A program made the translations under genes and the position numbers. Of a stretch of 64,000 nucleotides of DNA, positions 36,824-45,641 are shown in pieces. This stretch comes from a virus. The notes under the pieces were generated by a model. It saw only the letters and a list, made by a program, of their open reading frames with translations, was not told where the DNA came from and searched no databases. The stretch lies in IMG/VR virus record IMGVR_UViG_3300025018_000098, positions 64,001 through 128,000 of that record; one strand, 5' to 3'. Within the stretch, counting starts at the first letter, position 1, and each line of letters begins with the position of its first letter.

Positions 36824-38490
36824 CAAAGCCCTCGAACTGTTGCCTGCATGAGCCAAGCCGTGGCATCCGTACGATCATCCGCATGGGTCCAGTCTCGCTC
36901 AATGGTGAACCAGAATGGCTTATCTGCGACAAGTCCTGCAAGCGTAATCGGCACCTCGTACATCGTGTTGCGCGCCGTGAAGGCAACGCTGGCGTCGATG
37001 ATGTTCGGAGGCATGACGTAGGGGGACACGCTGCCGTACCGAACACGGAAGCGGGCAAGGTCATCGCCGGAGCCATCGCTCTCCGCGGTGAGGTAGAGGC
37101 GCAAGACCGGACTGGACACCCCGGTGTACGCTTGGAACCAAGGTCGCATGAAGCGCCCACCTGCGCTGACCACGAAGTTGCGGATGTACCCCGTCGTGGC
37201 GTTGGCGTCGTGTACACCGAACTGGGCGTAGAGCTCGTTGGACAGCGGTGCGGCTCCCGCGGCGTCCGCAACGCTCAGGTTGGGGGAGGTCAGGTCGTTG
37301 TGATTCCAGTACACATCGTCGGTCTGTGTTCGGTTCACAACCAGGCCCGTGTTTTGCCAGCCTCGTAGGTCCTGGAAGGAGGCGCCCAAGGGGTTGGCAG
37401 CACTTGTGAGGGGGGAGAGTCCAGTCCTTCCTGTAACAATGGCCAAGCCTCCGAGTGGTTTGTACAACACACCCCCACCCTTGTAGTCGGTGTCTCCCGT
37501 GTCCGAGTAGAACCCATCGAAGGTGAGCCCGTCGAATCCACCGGCACCTCCAGTGAGGATCATGGCCCGGGAGTACGTGAAGACCTGCGTAGGAGCACTC
37601 GCCAGAGCTAGGCTCTGCGTGTACCGAATGTCCCCGCCTGCGCTGTTGAGGGCCAGGACCCCGGCGCTGGCCAAGGAGAAGTCCCCGGCAGGCCCAGTTC
37701 CGACCTTCGTGAACCCTTGCGCGGCCGGATCCGTGCCGAACCGAGCGTCATACTCGATGACGCCCTGTACTCGGTCGAAGGGGATACCTCGTACCGCGCT
37801 CTGCTGTGGCTGCACGCTGTTGGTCTTGTACTTCCAGGCATGTTCTACCCAAAAGGCCGGAGCACCGTTGAGGTCGGCATCGCTGGGGTTGAGTGTGATC
37901 ACGGTGTTCTCCAGATATACGCTACCGAGCTCGAGCTCGTAGCCTGTGCATGTGTTGACGAGGGTGACTTCATAGATGCCGTCTTCAGACACGACTGGCA
38001 GGGGGGCACTGTACCGGGTGTCCGCAACCAGACCAGCCCCTGGTGTAGGTACTGGCCCCTCTAACGGGATACTCGAGGTCAGTACCGGTTGTAGCGGACC
38101 AACATCCCTCTTGACGTCCTGCAGGAACACCTCTCCGAAGGGGCCCTCGAAGCGTACATAAAGACATGCCGCATCTACATCCGCAGTACTAGGGATGTAG
38201 ATGCGAGAGCCTGCCCGGTACCCGCCCAGGAAGGCGCCCGTGACTAGGGTGCGTTGAGATCGCCTACGCTGGCAGCTCTCACACGTGATGGAGGCCTCGA
38301 CGATGGGTGTAGTCACGCTGAAGAGGCCATACTCCCCAACACCCAGCCCTGCCCCGAGGGAGCCTCCGAGCGGAGTTGCCCCAAAGCCACCCCCAGTGTC
38401 GTACAAGAACCACTGCGAGACGGTAGTTGTGCTCGTGGCTCTGGACTCTCTGAAGCGACGGTAGCCGCAGGTGCAGCGCTCGTTGGCCAT
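36823..38490 (-). CDS. Probable structural protein with N-terminal Cys pairs (555 aa)
   Basis: CTC...CESC and a beta-rich body. TGATG-coupled to the upstream gene. Confidence 0.55.
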   Translation of the reverse strand: MANERCTCGYRRFRESRATSTTTVSQWFLYDTGGGFGATPLGGSLGAGLGVGEYGLFSVTTPIVEASITCESCQRRRSQRTLVTGAFLGGYRAGSRIYIPSTADVDAACLYVRFEGPFGEVFLQDVKRDVGPLQPVLTSSIPLEGPVPTPGAGLVADTRYSAPLPVVSEDGIYEVTLVNTCTGYELELGSVYLENTVITLNPSDADLNGAPAFWVEHAWKYKTNSVQPQQSAVRGIPFDRVQGVIEYDARFGTDPAAQGFTKVGTGPAGDFSLASAGVLALNSAGGDIRYTQSLALASAPTQVFTYSRAMILTGGAGGFDGLTFDGFYSDTGDTDYKGGGVLYKPLGGLAIVTGRTGLSPLTSAANPLGASFQDLRGWQNTGLVVNRTQTDDVYWNHNDLTSPNLSVADAAGAAPLSNELYAQFGVHDANATTGYIRNFVVSAGGRFMRPWFQAYTGVSSPVLRLYLTAESDGSGDDLARFRVRYGSVSPYVMPPNIIDASVAFTARNTMYEVPITLAGLVADKPFWFTIERDWTHADDRTDATAWLMQATVRGL

Positions 38491-38882
38491 CAGCGTGTGT
38501 CCTTGAGCAAGTTGATGAGCGTCGTGATGAAGCCTGCAAAGGCTGCGATCACCGCCACGACCACAGTGGCTAGTGTGCGGTACTTGGCGCTGTCCCGCTG
38601 AACCCCGGCCACCTCGCCCGCGGCGCTGAGCTCGAGGGCTCGGACCTTGGTGGTGTCCTTCTCGGAGTTCCGCTCCTGAGTATCGATCCTGTGCATGAGC
38701 AGCGTCAGCTTCTTCTCGTTCTCGTGGACGGACGTAGACACAGCTGTAACGGCAGCCCGAACCTCTCCAATGGTTCGGTCATTCTGCTCCAGGAGCATGT
38801 TCAGGCTGGCCACAGCGAGGGTGAGGTCGCTCCGCAACTGATTGACCTCCTTGGCCAGCTCCTTGTAGTCCTCGGGGCTCAT
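38490..38882 (-). CDS. Coiled-coil protein with a C-terminal TM helix (holin/XhlA-like topology)
   Basis: Heptad N-terminus and a hydrophobic helix (TLATVVVAVIAAFAGFITTLINLL). Confidence 0.55.
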   Translation of the reverse strand: MSPEDYKELAKEVNQLRSDLTLAVASLNMLLEQNDRTIGEVRAAVTAVSTSVHENEKKLTLLMHRIDTQERNSEKDTTKVRALELSAAGEVAGVQRDSAKYRTLATVVVAVIAAFAGFITTLINLLKDTR

Positions 38883-39652
38883 GACGTGCCCTCCTTACGA
38901 CGAATGATGTCGTACAGATTCCCTCGAGCCTCTGCCGCACTTGTGGGCGGGGCAATATCTTGCGTGATTCGCGTCATGTTCTTCGTAGCCAAGTCCTGCA
39001 CAGAGCTTGTCCGGGCCCTGCGCTCGCCGCGTAGTGTACTTCGTATGTCCTTGAGCACCCCATCGATGCCGTACTTCTCTGCAAGAGCCTCAAAGGGTTC
39101 GATGTGGCTTCGAGCACTCCTGTGTATGTACGTGTCCACCTCGGCTAGGTACTCCACGATCTTCAAGAGGTGGCCCCGGAGCAGGGCAAGCGCCGGGTCC
39201 TCCACAGTTGGGGTCTCCTGCATCATCCGCAGAGACTCCTGGGTCAACCCTTGTGTGACCTCCCGATTCTGGTTGCGGCGGATCGACATCATAATGGTGC
39301 GCTCGAGCGCCTGACCCTGGATCTCATTCTTGATGAGGTAGTCCTGCGCACCAAGAGAGATGCACCTCGAGGCTGTACCCATGTCGTCGTACCCGGTTGT
39401 GACAATCACGACAGCAGAGGGGTACTTGTGCAGGAAGGTCACCGCAGTATCGATGCCCATTGAATCTGGCAGTGTGAGGTCCAGCAGCACCACATCGATG
39501 GGTTGGGTATCCATGACCAACAAAGCAGAGCTCAGGTACTCTGTGTGGGTCACCTCAAACTGATACTGCGTCGACTTACTCAACAGGCGCTTGAAGTAGA
39601 CTGTGTCTCCTTCATTGTCCTCAACTAGAAGTACCCGAATGGCTGTATTCAT
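38879..39652 (-). CDS. Response regulator: REC domain plus an unrecognised ~130-aa helical output
   Basis: VLLVEDN, DVVLLDLTLPDS (phospho-Asp), IVTTG and GAQDYLIK. Confidence 0.85.
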   Translation of the reverse strand: MNTAIRVLLVEDNEGDTVYFKRLLSKSTQYQFEVTHTEYLSSALLVMDTQPIDVVLLDLTLPDSMGIDTAVTFLHKYPSAVVIVTTGYDDMGTASRCISLGAQDYLIKNEIQGQALERTIMMSIRRNQNREVTQGLTQESLRMMQETPTVEDPALALLRGHLLKIVEYLAEVDTYIHRSARSHIEPFEALAEKYGIDGVLKDIRSTLRGERRARTSSVQDLATKNMTRITQDIAPPTSAAEARGNLYDIIRRKEGTS

Positions 39653-40077
39653 GATGCGATCTCGGCAAACTCAAACCAGTGCCTGTAGATAGTACCTGCC
39701 AGCTGCCTAAATGTCTCTGGGTCCCCTGGCTTCACCATGTAGCAGTTGGCGCTCATGTCGTAGGCCACCAGTATGTCCTCGTGCGCTCGAGAGCTCGTCA
39801 GGATGAGGACAGGTATGCGGCGCAGTACAGGGTCTCGTTTGATCTCCGCTAAAACGTCCTGCCCGGAACGCAGAGGCAAGTTGAGATCAAGTAGGATGAG
39901 GTCTGGTTGCGGCTCCTTGGGGTCCCGAAGATATTCTAGTGCCAAGACCCCGTTTTCGACAGAATGGATGTGTGCCTGCTGGGTGATCCTGTTGAACGCG
40001 CGCCGAGTCAGTACAACATCACCTGGGTTGTCCTCAACAAGTAGTATCCGTCGTAGTTTGGGGGGAGTCGAAGTCAC
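39649..40077 (-). CDS. Single-domain response regulator, Rcp1-like
   Basis: ILLVEDNPGD, PDLILLDLNLP, IPVLILTSS and ANCYMVKP. Confidence 0.9.
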   Translation of the reverse strand: MTSTPPKLRRILLVEDNPGDVVLTRRAFNRITQQAHIHSVENGVLALEYLRDPKEPQPDLILLDLNLPLRSGQDVLAEIKRDPVLRRIPVLILTSSRAHEDILVAYDMSANCYMVKPGDPETFRQLAGTIYRHWFEFAEIAS

Positions 40078-41515
40078 GGGGCGGCCCTTCTGGCTTCATA
40101 AGAGTGAATGTGAACGTCGTTCCTACGTTCGGGACGGAGTCTACGCGAATGGTGCCTCCATGTCGCTCCACAATCTTCTTGCAGATGGCGAGACCGATGC
40201 CGGTGCCTCGCTTCGTACTGCTTAGTCGCTGAAAGATCATGAACACCTTGTCAGCGTAGGCCATATCGAAGCCTTCGCCGTTATCCTGCACGGTAATCGT
40301 CCAGTTATCCCCTGTGTCCACACAGTTGATGAACACCTCAGGGTCTTGATCCTTTGAACGGAACTTGATCGCGTTGCCAATGAGGTTCTGGAACAGCAGG
40401 GTCAGCATCATCTGATCGGAGAACACCGCGGGCATTGGACCCATGTGCACTTTCGCGTTCCGCTCCTCAAGGAACGTGTCCAAGTTGGCCAGCGCTCCAT
40501 CAATGGCCTCGGACGCTAATGCCCACTGAAAGGTCTCCTCGCGCCCTACTCGAGAGAACGCGAGCAATCCTCGGATCATGGCCCGCATCCGAGAGGCCCC
40601 GCCCACCATGAAGTCTAGGTACTGCCTACCCTCTGTACTGAACACATCCCCATAATCCTCCTCGAGAATCTTGGCGAAGTTTATGATCATTCGAAGAGGT
40701 TCCTGTAGGTCGTGCGATGCCACGTAGGCAAAGCTCTCAAGGTCTTCATTCGAGCGCTTCAGGTCCTCTGCCTGTCGGGCGAGCCTCGAGTCCACAGTCA
40801 TCTGGTTTGTGATGTCCATACACACACCAAGAAAGTGGTGGGCCTCCCCCTTCCGGTACACGATCTCACCCCGAGCCGCAATAAACCGCCCACCGTTCGT
40901 ACGGTAAGTCACTCGGTACGGATGGTCTTCGCTCTTCTTAGCTAGTTCGATGGCGTCCCGAATGACCTCGTGGTCGTCCGAGTGAACATGTTTCCAGAAC
41001 TCATCGATCTTCCCGCTGAACGTCTCGGGGTCTGCATCAAACATCTCCATCATCTGGGGATCCCAAACTAGAGCATCTGTGGCAAACTCCCAGCGCCAAA
41101 CACCGGCCTTTGCTGCGTCTAGGGCCAGGCGGAGATGTTGCTCGCTCCTCGCGAGCTTTTGGTAGGCGAGGTACTCCTCCGTGGCATCCTCCAGCATCAC
41201 AGAAGCGGTTCGGGGACGGACCCAGGTTATGTACGTCCGATAGACCCGCCCACGCAGGCTCACCGATATGATGTCTGGCTGCCCTCCTCGGGCAGCCTCA
41301 GCGACCTCATCTGCCAGATTGGAGGCACCCAGCAGCGGCAGCGGGATGTCGCCTATCGACGCACCCACGTATTGGCGGAGGTCCGTGCCGTCCAACGCCT
41401 TGTTGTTGGCCCACAGCAATACGAGCTCACGGGAGGAGCTCGTATCGTTTGGCAGCTCCCAAACTGTAGTGGCCAGCGGCAGCCGCTGGATCACAGCGTT
41501 GAGTAAGTGGGGCAC
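40034..41515 (-). CDS. Cytoplasmic PAS-domain sensor histidine kinase with a Cph1-type kinase module
   Basis: PAS (LRLALDAAKAGVWRW..), H-box FAYVASHDLQEPLR, N-box QNLIGNAIKF, G1 DNGEG and G2 GTGIGLAICKKIVERHGG. No TM helix. The start is either GTG 41515 (TAGTG overlap) or ATG 41530. Confidence 0.9.
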   Translation of the reverse strand: MPHLLNAVIQRLPLATTVWELPNDTSSSRELVLLWANNKALDGTDLRQYVGASIGDIPLPLLGASNLADEVAEAARGGQPDIISVSLRGRVYRTYITWVRPRTASVMLEDATEEYLAYQKLARSEQHLRLALDAAKAGVWRWEFATDALVWDPQMMEMFDADPETFSGKIDEFWKHVHSDDHEVIRDAIELAKKSEDHPYRVTYRTNGGRFIAARGEIVYRKGEAHHFLGVCMDITNQMTVDSRLARQAEDLKRSNEDLESFAYVASHDLQEPLRMIINFAKILEEDYGDVFSTEGRQYLDFMVGGASRMRAMIRGLLAFSRVGREETFQWALASEAIDGALANLDTFLEERNAKVHMGPMPAVFSDQMMLTLLFQNLIGNAIKFRSKDQDPEVFINCVDTGDNWTITVQDNGEGFDMAYADKVFMIFQRLSSTKRGTGIGLAICKKIVERHGGTIRVDSVPNVGTTFTFTLMKPEGPPRDFDSPQTTTDTTC

Positions 41516-42210
41516 TAGGCGCCGGCCCATTCCTGAGAGATGTACGCGGGGACGTCTGCGTCATACGGGCCATCGTAGACGTAGCCCGCAATCCAGTCGC
41601 CGTTCATCGGGTAAAACGCACCGTTGGTCGCGCCGAGCGTCAGCGGCATGTTTGCCTGAAACGTGGAGCCGCCTTGAGCTTTCGGGTATGTCCCTGTCGG
41701 ATCGCGTAGCGTCATGGTACCGCCTGCGATCGTCTCCAACGAGAACTGAAACAGGGAGCCCATGTACATCGGTATGCCCAAGAAGCTATTGGGCGACGCT
41801 ACCGAGTATGGGACGTACTCGTTGCCCGTGGTCCATGCACCTAGCCAATGCGGCCCACCACCAAAAATGGCGCGGTAGTTCGTCGACACGTTGTCCATCT
41901 GACCCACAAAGTAGTAGGTGCGCGTGCCCCCAACCACTGCCGGTGTGATGCTGAAGTTGGCGTTATAGAGACGCCTGCCCCCAGCGAACCGAATCGCGGT
42001 ATGACCGCCGATGGTCGAGATTGTCGGGCGCGTCGACGGACTGGTCATCGTGTAGCCGTTGCCGCTGACATCAGGGACCGAGTCCACGTCGCCAGAAACA
42101 AGCACGGCATCACGTGCTTCCCAGCCGCCGCGAAGGTCCGTAGTCGGTAGAGTGAGCGCGGGCGCGCCGCTCACCCCCGCCGCAGCGATAGCTCCTACGC
42201 TCGACAACAT
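41515..42210 (-). CDS. Concanavalin/LamG-like tail-associated protein (231 aa)
   Basis: Start at the TGATG overlap, 42210. WEARD...DVSGNGYTMT..TRPT...AIRF pattern. Confidence 0.6.
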   Translation of the reverse strand: MLSSVGAIAAAGVSGAPALTLPTTDLRGGWEARDAVLVSGDVDSVPDVSGNGYTMTSPSTRPTISTIGGHTAIRFAGGRRLYNANFSITPAVVGGTRTYYFVGQMDNVSTNYRAIFGGGPHWLGAWTTGNEYVPYSVASPNSFLGIPMYMGSLFQFSLETIAGGTMTLRDPTGTYPKAQGGSTFQANMPLTLGATNGAFYPMNGDWIAGYVYDGPYDADVPAYISQEWAGA

Positions 42211-44057
42211 CACGCGATGACTCCGGCCGCCCACGCCTCGGTGGCGCTCAGCTTGGTGATGGTGACCCCTGCGTAGTCCGCAGCAGCGTCGATGGTGCAT
42301 TCGCCAGCGGTGGGCGTGTCTGCGCTGGGGCCGACAATGGCGAGCCCCCCGGACCCGTCGATTATACCCTCGTACGTGGCGTCGCCGGGCTTGATGACCA
42401 GCGCGTTGAAGCCATCTCGCAGGTCGTGGGCGACCGTCATGACGATATCTGCACCCGCCGTCGCGGTGTCGAGGATAAACGTCTTGCCGCTGTCTGCGTC
42501 TGTGAAGGCGCGCGATGCTGTGATGGTCACGATCTCGACGAACCGGCTCACCATGGGCGGGACGTTCAGCAGCTGGAGCCGGTTTCCTTCGACCACCCAC
42601 AGAACCTGAACCGTTCCTGTTGAGGGCTCCGTAGCCGTGTAATACGGCGCGACAGACGACGACCAGTACTGGGCGCCGTCTGTAAGGCCGTGGCCGCCTA
42701 CCAGCTCGTGGAAGCCTTGGAGTTGGATCACGAACTCGTTCGCATCTACCACTTCGACCACGAAGGCTTGCTTGGTGTGTGCCGGCGTGGACAGGTCAGC
42801 AGTCACCCAGGTCCCTGCGTTGTAATAGACCGGGATTGGGATCCCCGACGACAGCGTGAAGCCGTGGGCACCCTGAAAGACGGTCTGCTGCGACGTACCT
42901 GGCACGTAGTCGGACAAGGTAGATGGCACCCCGTACCGGTTCACCGAGACCGTACCGCTGTACGCCGCCTGCGTGCCGCCACCAACAGGGCAAGCCGTCA
43001 TATACTGAATCGTTAAAGTCCCGTTCCCGGTCACTATGTTGTCTGCGAAAGCGGACCCGACCAACCGCACAACGACGTCTATGCCAACGCCGATGTCCAT
43101 GACCTCCCCGCTGAAGGCGGCGATGGTCGAGTGGCTCTCAGTGATGTTGAGGTTCGCCTGCACGTCCATCAAGAGGCGCGTGCCGTCTACGCTGACCAGG
43201 GTGGTATCCACCAGCGTCAGGGTGCTCTCCTCATCGTAGACCAGCGGCGTGACCACCGCAGGCCCCGCGACAGATCCGGCGTACAGGAACAGACTCTTGA
43301 CCCCAGCCAAGTTTGTGAACACGCAGTTTTCTGCGAACCCCATGAAGTTCGAGTCCACGACGCCGAAGGTGCCGAGCAACGTGATTCCGCGCATGTCCCA
43401 GGTACCTGTCGGGAAGTCATCATTCGTGACCTTCACCGCAAGTGTGCCGACCGGGCTCACCCGCACCGCGTTGTACGCCTCCTCGAACGTGGCATAGCGA
43501 CCCACAGAGGCATCGGTGGCTTGAAGCGGATCCCACTCAGCGCTCGAGGCACCACCACCACTGTTGACCGCCACGGCCAGATCGTAGGCCCACTGGCCCC
43601 AGCCCCTCCAGTTCTGCCCGGCGGACCCGCGACCCGCCAAGTCAGCGTACACGGCGTTGTCCAAGGACTCGTCGGGGTCATTCACGCTCAGTGTTTGGCT
43701 CGCCGGAGCTCCCTCACCGAACAAGGGTGGTCGTAGCCCACTGCCTATATGGGGCACACTGGCCAGGCGCTCCGTGAACGTGATTACGCCGTTGTCCGTG
43801 GCTGTTAGACGGATACGGAAGGCGCAGAACTCCACGATATCGAGAGCAGGTCCGATCGTGACTGTGCTCCCAGTGATCGCGGAGAGCACCGCCACAGATC
43901 CTACCGCGTCTATGAGCTCCCAGATGTAGGAGACCCCGGCGCCCGGCGCTGGGTCGACAGCCTCAAGCGTAATGACCTCCCCTGAGATGAGGTCATGCCT
44001 GGATTGCCCTGCAGTTCCCGCACCAGGGGTTGCTTGATCGATACGAAAGGTGGCCAT
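42210..44057 (-). CDS. Tail fibre-like structural protein (615 aa)
   Basis: Modular beta-rich protein (AHGF..G.PVYY, HGLTDGAQYW). First gene after a class L promoter. Confidence 0.55.
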   Translation of the reverse strand: MATFRIDQATPGAGTAGQSRHDLISGEVITLEAVDPAPGAGVSYIWELIDAVGSVAVLSAITGSTVTIGPALDIVEFCAFRIRLTATDNGVITFTERLASVPHIGSGLRPPLFGEGAPASQTLSVNDPDESLDNAVYADLAGRGSAGQNWRGWGQWAYDLAVAVNSGGGASSAEWDPLQATDASVGRYATFEEAYNAVRVSPVGTLAVKVTNDDFPTGTWDMRGITLLGTFGVVDSNFMGFAENCVFTNLAGVKSLFLYAGSVAGPAVVTPLVYDEESTLTLVDTTLVSVDGTRLLMDVQANLNITESHSTIAAFSGEVMDIGVGIDVVVRLVGSAFADNIVTGNGTLTIQYMTACPVGGGTQAAYSGTVSVNRYGVPSTLSDYVPGTSQQTVFQGAHGFTLSSGIPIPVYYNAGTWVTADLSTPAHTKQAFVVEVVDANEFVIQLQGFHELVGGHGLTDGAQYWSSSVAPYYTATEPSTGTVQVLWVVEGNRLQLLNVPPMVSRFVEIVTITASRAFTDADSGKTFILDTATAGADIVMTVAHDLRDGFNALVIKPGDATYEGIIDGSGGLAIVGPSADTPTAGECTIDAAADYAGVTITKLSATEAWAAGVIA

Positions 44058-44063
44058 GTCCGG

Positions 44064-44072
44064 AGTGTACCA
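44064..44072 (-). promoter_or_regulatory. Class L promoter: TGG-TACACT, 6 nt before ATG 44057
   Basis: Minus strand reads TGGTACACT CCGGAC ATG. Confidence 0.7.
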
Positions 44073-44136
44073 CTACCTATCCGCGGGGAGGAATGCACAA
44101 AAGGGCTCTCTGCGCGCTAAGATCTACCTCTTCTGA

Positions 44137-44155
44137 CCTATGAGCAATGTGAAGG
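44137..44155 (+). promoter_or_regulatory. Class E motif CCTATGAGCAATGTGAAGG
   Basis: Upstream of ATG 44187. Confidence 0.7.
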
Positions 44156-44186
44156 AAACGGGTATTTCGCCCGTGAAAGGACCAAC

Positions 44187-44702
44187 ATGAACAAGATCAC
44201 CAAGCTACGCACCGCACTCTCTGGCATCTACCGGGAGAGCGCCGCGTACATCAAGCACCTATCTATTCGTGGGAAAGTGGTGCAGTCCCTCTACCGGGGG
44301 GCGTTCCTGCCTCTGAGCCTGGCCCATGTGCTGGTGTCCGAGGATGCAGTCAAAGACTACGCAACGGATGAACAGCGAGCCGCAGACATCCAGGTCTGGG
44401 TCATCATGAACCAGGCTCGGTTGTCAGCGAACGGATTCCCGGCCTCGTCCGACGCATGGTTGGATTATCATGGGGTACTACTGCCCCACGACGACACGGA
44501 TCCTCGGATCCTGAGGGAGCTCTACCGCTTCTTCGACGGCCCCTCGCGCTCCCCGCGAGCGTTCGTCCAGGCGTTCGTCTCGGCCATCACGGTGGCTGTC
44601 CGCATCGCCGAGGAAGAGGCGGAGTCGGTCACTGTCGATATCGAGTCGACGGATCTTAGCGACAACCGAGTCATCCTCGTGAACTTCGGCAACAAGGGTT
44701 GA
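44187..44702 (+). CDS. Hypothetical protein (171 aa), a solitary plus-strand gene
   Basis: AAGGA SD, its own class E motif, and a downstream hairpin. Confidence 0.65.
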   Translation: MNKITKLRTALSGIYRESAAYIKHLSIRGKVVQSLYRGAFLPLSLAHVLVSEDAVKDYATDEQRAADIQVWVIMNQARLSANGFPASSDAWLDYHGVLLPHDDTDPRILRELYRFFDGPSRSPRAFVQAFVSAITVAVRIAEEEAESVTVDIESTDLSDNRVILVNFGNKG

Positions 44703-44706
44703 CACA

Positions 44707-44727
44707 CAGGGGGCCCCAGCCCCCCTG
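44707..44727. terminator. GC hairpin between convergent genes
   Basis: CAGGGGG...CCCCCTG. Confidence 0.5.
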
Positions 44728-44740
44728 CGCAGTCCCTTTG

Positions 44741-45160
44741 CTATACGATGGTCTCGGGCCCTTCCCCGTCGTTGTACACGAAGAGGAGGTCGGCCGGCTT
44801 GAGCAGAATGATCCCTGCACCGAACTGATGCTGGATATGCTCGTTGGTCGCTTGCTTGTCCCGGAAGCGGAGGAAGCAGCACTTGAGCCCCACCTCGAGA
44901 TCGGGGATGGGCACAGGCTCCTCGAGGAACTTCTGACGCCCATACTTCTTGGGGATCGAGCGGATGTAACCGAACGCCAGGATGGTGGCCGTGGTGTAGA
45001 TGGACTCGATGGCCTTCTCACTGGCCTTGAAGATGAGCCCAGACGTCGTCTTGTCCGACGTCGGATCCACACGCACCAGGATGTGCTCGTTCACGAGCTG
45101 GAAGCTGCGCCCATCCTCGAAGGTACACTCGTCATATGGGTGTCGCTCAGCCATAACCAT
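44741..45160 (-). CDS. groES: GroES-like co-chaperonin
   Basis: FQLVNEHILVR...KTTSGLI...ATILAFG...LEVGLK...ILLKPADLL follows the Cpn10 pattern, though divergent. Confidence 0.7.
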   Translation of the reverse strand: MVMAERHPYDECTFEDGRSFQLVNEHILVRVDPTSDKTTSGLIFKASEKAIESIYTTATILAFGYIRSIPKKYGRQKFLEEPVPIPDLEVGLKCCFLRFRDKQATNEHIQHQFGAGIILLKPADLLFVYNDGEGPETIV

Positions 45161-45641
45161 GCTCGCTGTCCTTGAAGGGCCTGAAGTCCCGCTCTGCCGA
45201 GTAGCGCTGCTGCCTCATGGGCGGCTCAACCTCCATAGGACCGAGGGGCCGCCTGCCCTGCAGCTTCCACAGGAGCTTCTGTGTCGCCGTGTCCTCATCC
45301 TCACGATCCTGGGTGAGCTTCCTGATGGTCTCTTCTACGGCTACCTTCTTCTGGACCGCCACCTGCTTCAGCTCGGGATCCCCTACATGCACCTCAGGCT
45401 TCTCCAGCTCGCCGCCCCCTCGAATCTCATCGGAGTCGTGGGGAACCAGTGGGATACCGAAGTAGGTCTCCACATCGGCCTCTTTCGCCAAGACCCACAA
45501 CCACCCTGGAACGCGGAAGCTGGCGGGCCCGGTCCCCTCGATGACCATGTGGCCTTTGATCTCGTCGTCGAAGGCACGCCGGATGTTGCCATCTTGGTTG
45601 GTCACCGCGGCAATCCATAGGTCTCTGGGTGTGAGCTTCAT
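45147..45641 (-). CDS. Hypothetical protein
   Basis: ATGA coupling at 45641. Confidence 0.55.
   Translation of the reverse strand: MKLTPRDLWIAAVTNQDGNIRRAFDDEIKGHMVIEGTGPASFRVPGWLWVLAKEADVETYFGIPLVPHDSDEIRGGGELEKPEVHVGDPELKQVAVQKKVAVEETIRKLTQDREDEDTATQKLLWKLQGRRPLGPMEVEPPMRQQRYSAERDFRPFKDSEHGYG

Noticed and set aside
40034-41530. Bacteriophytochrome (light sensor) interpretation of the kinase
   Set aside because: Only the kinase module is Cph1-like. No GAF/PHY chromophore-binding domains are visible.
42213-42600. Arg-rich N-terminal extension of the 361-aa ORF
   Set aside because: It overlaps the 615-aa gene out of frame. The real start is the TGATG-coupled ATG at 42210.
1-44057. Bacterial contractile injection system or tailocin rather than a phage
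   Set aside because: The adjacent 20 kb of small phage-type accessory genes, the dNMP kinase, the Tad2-like gene and the lack of bacterial housekeeping genes favour a large phage.
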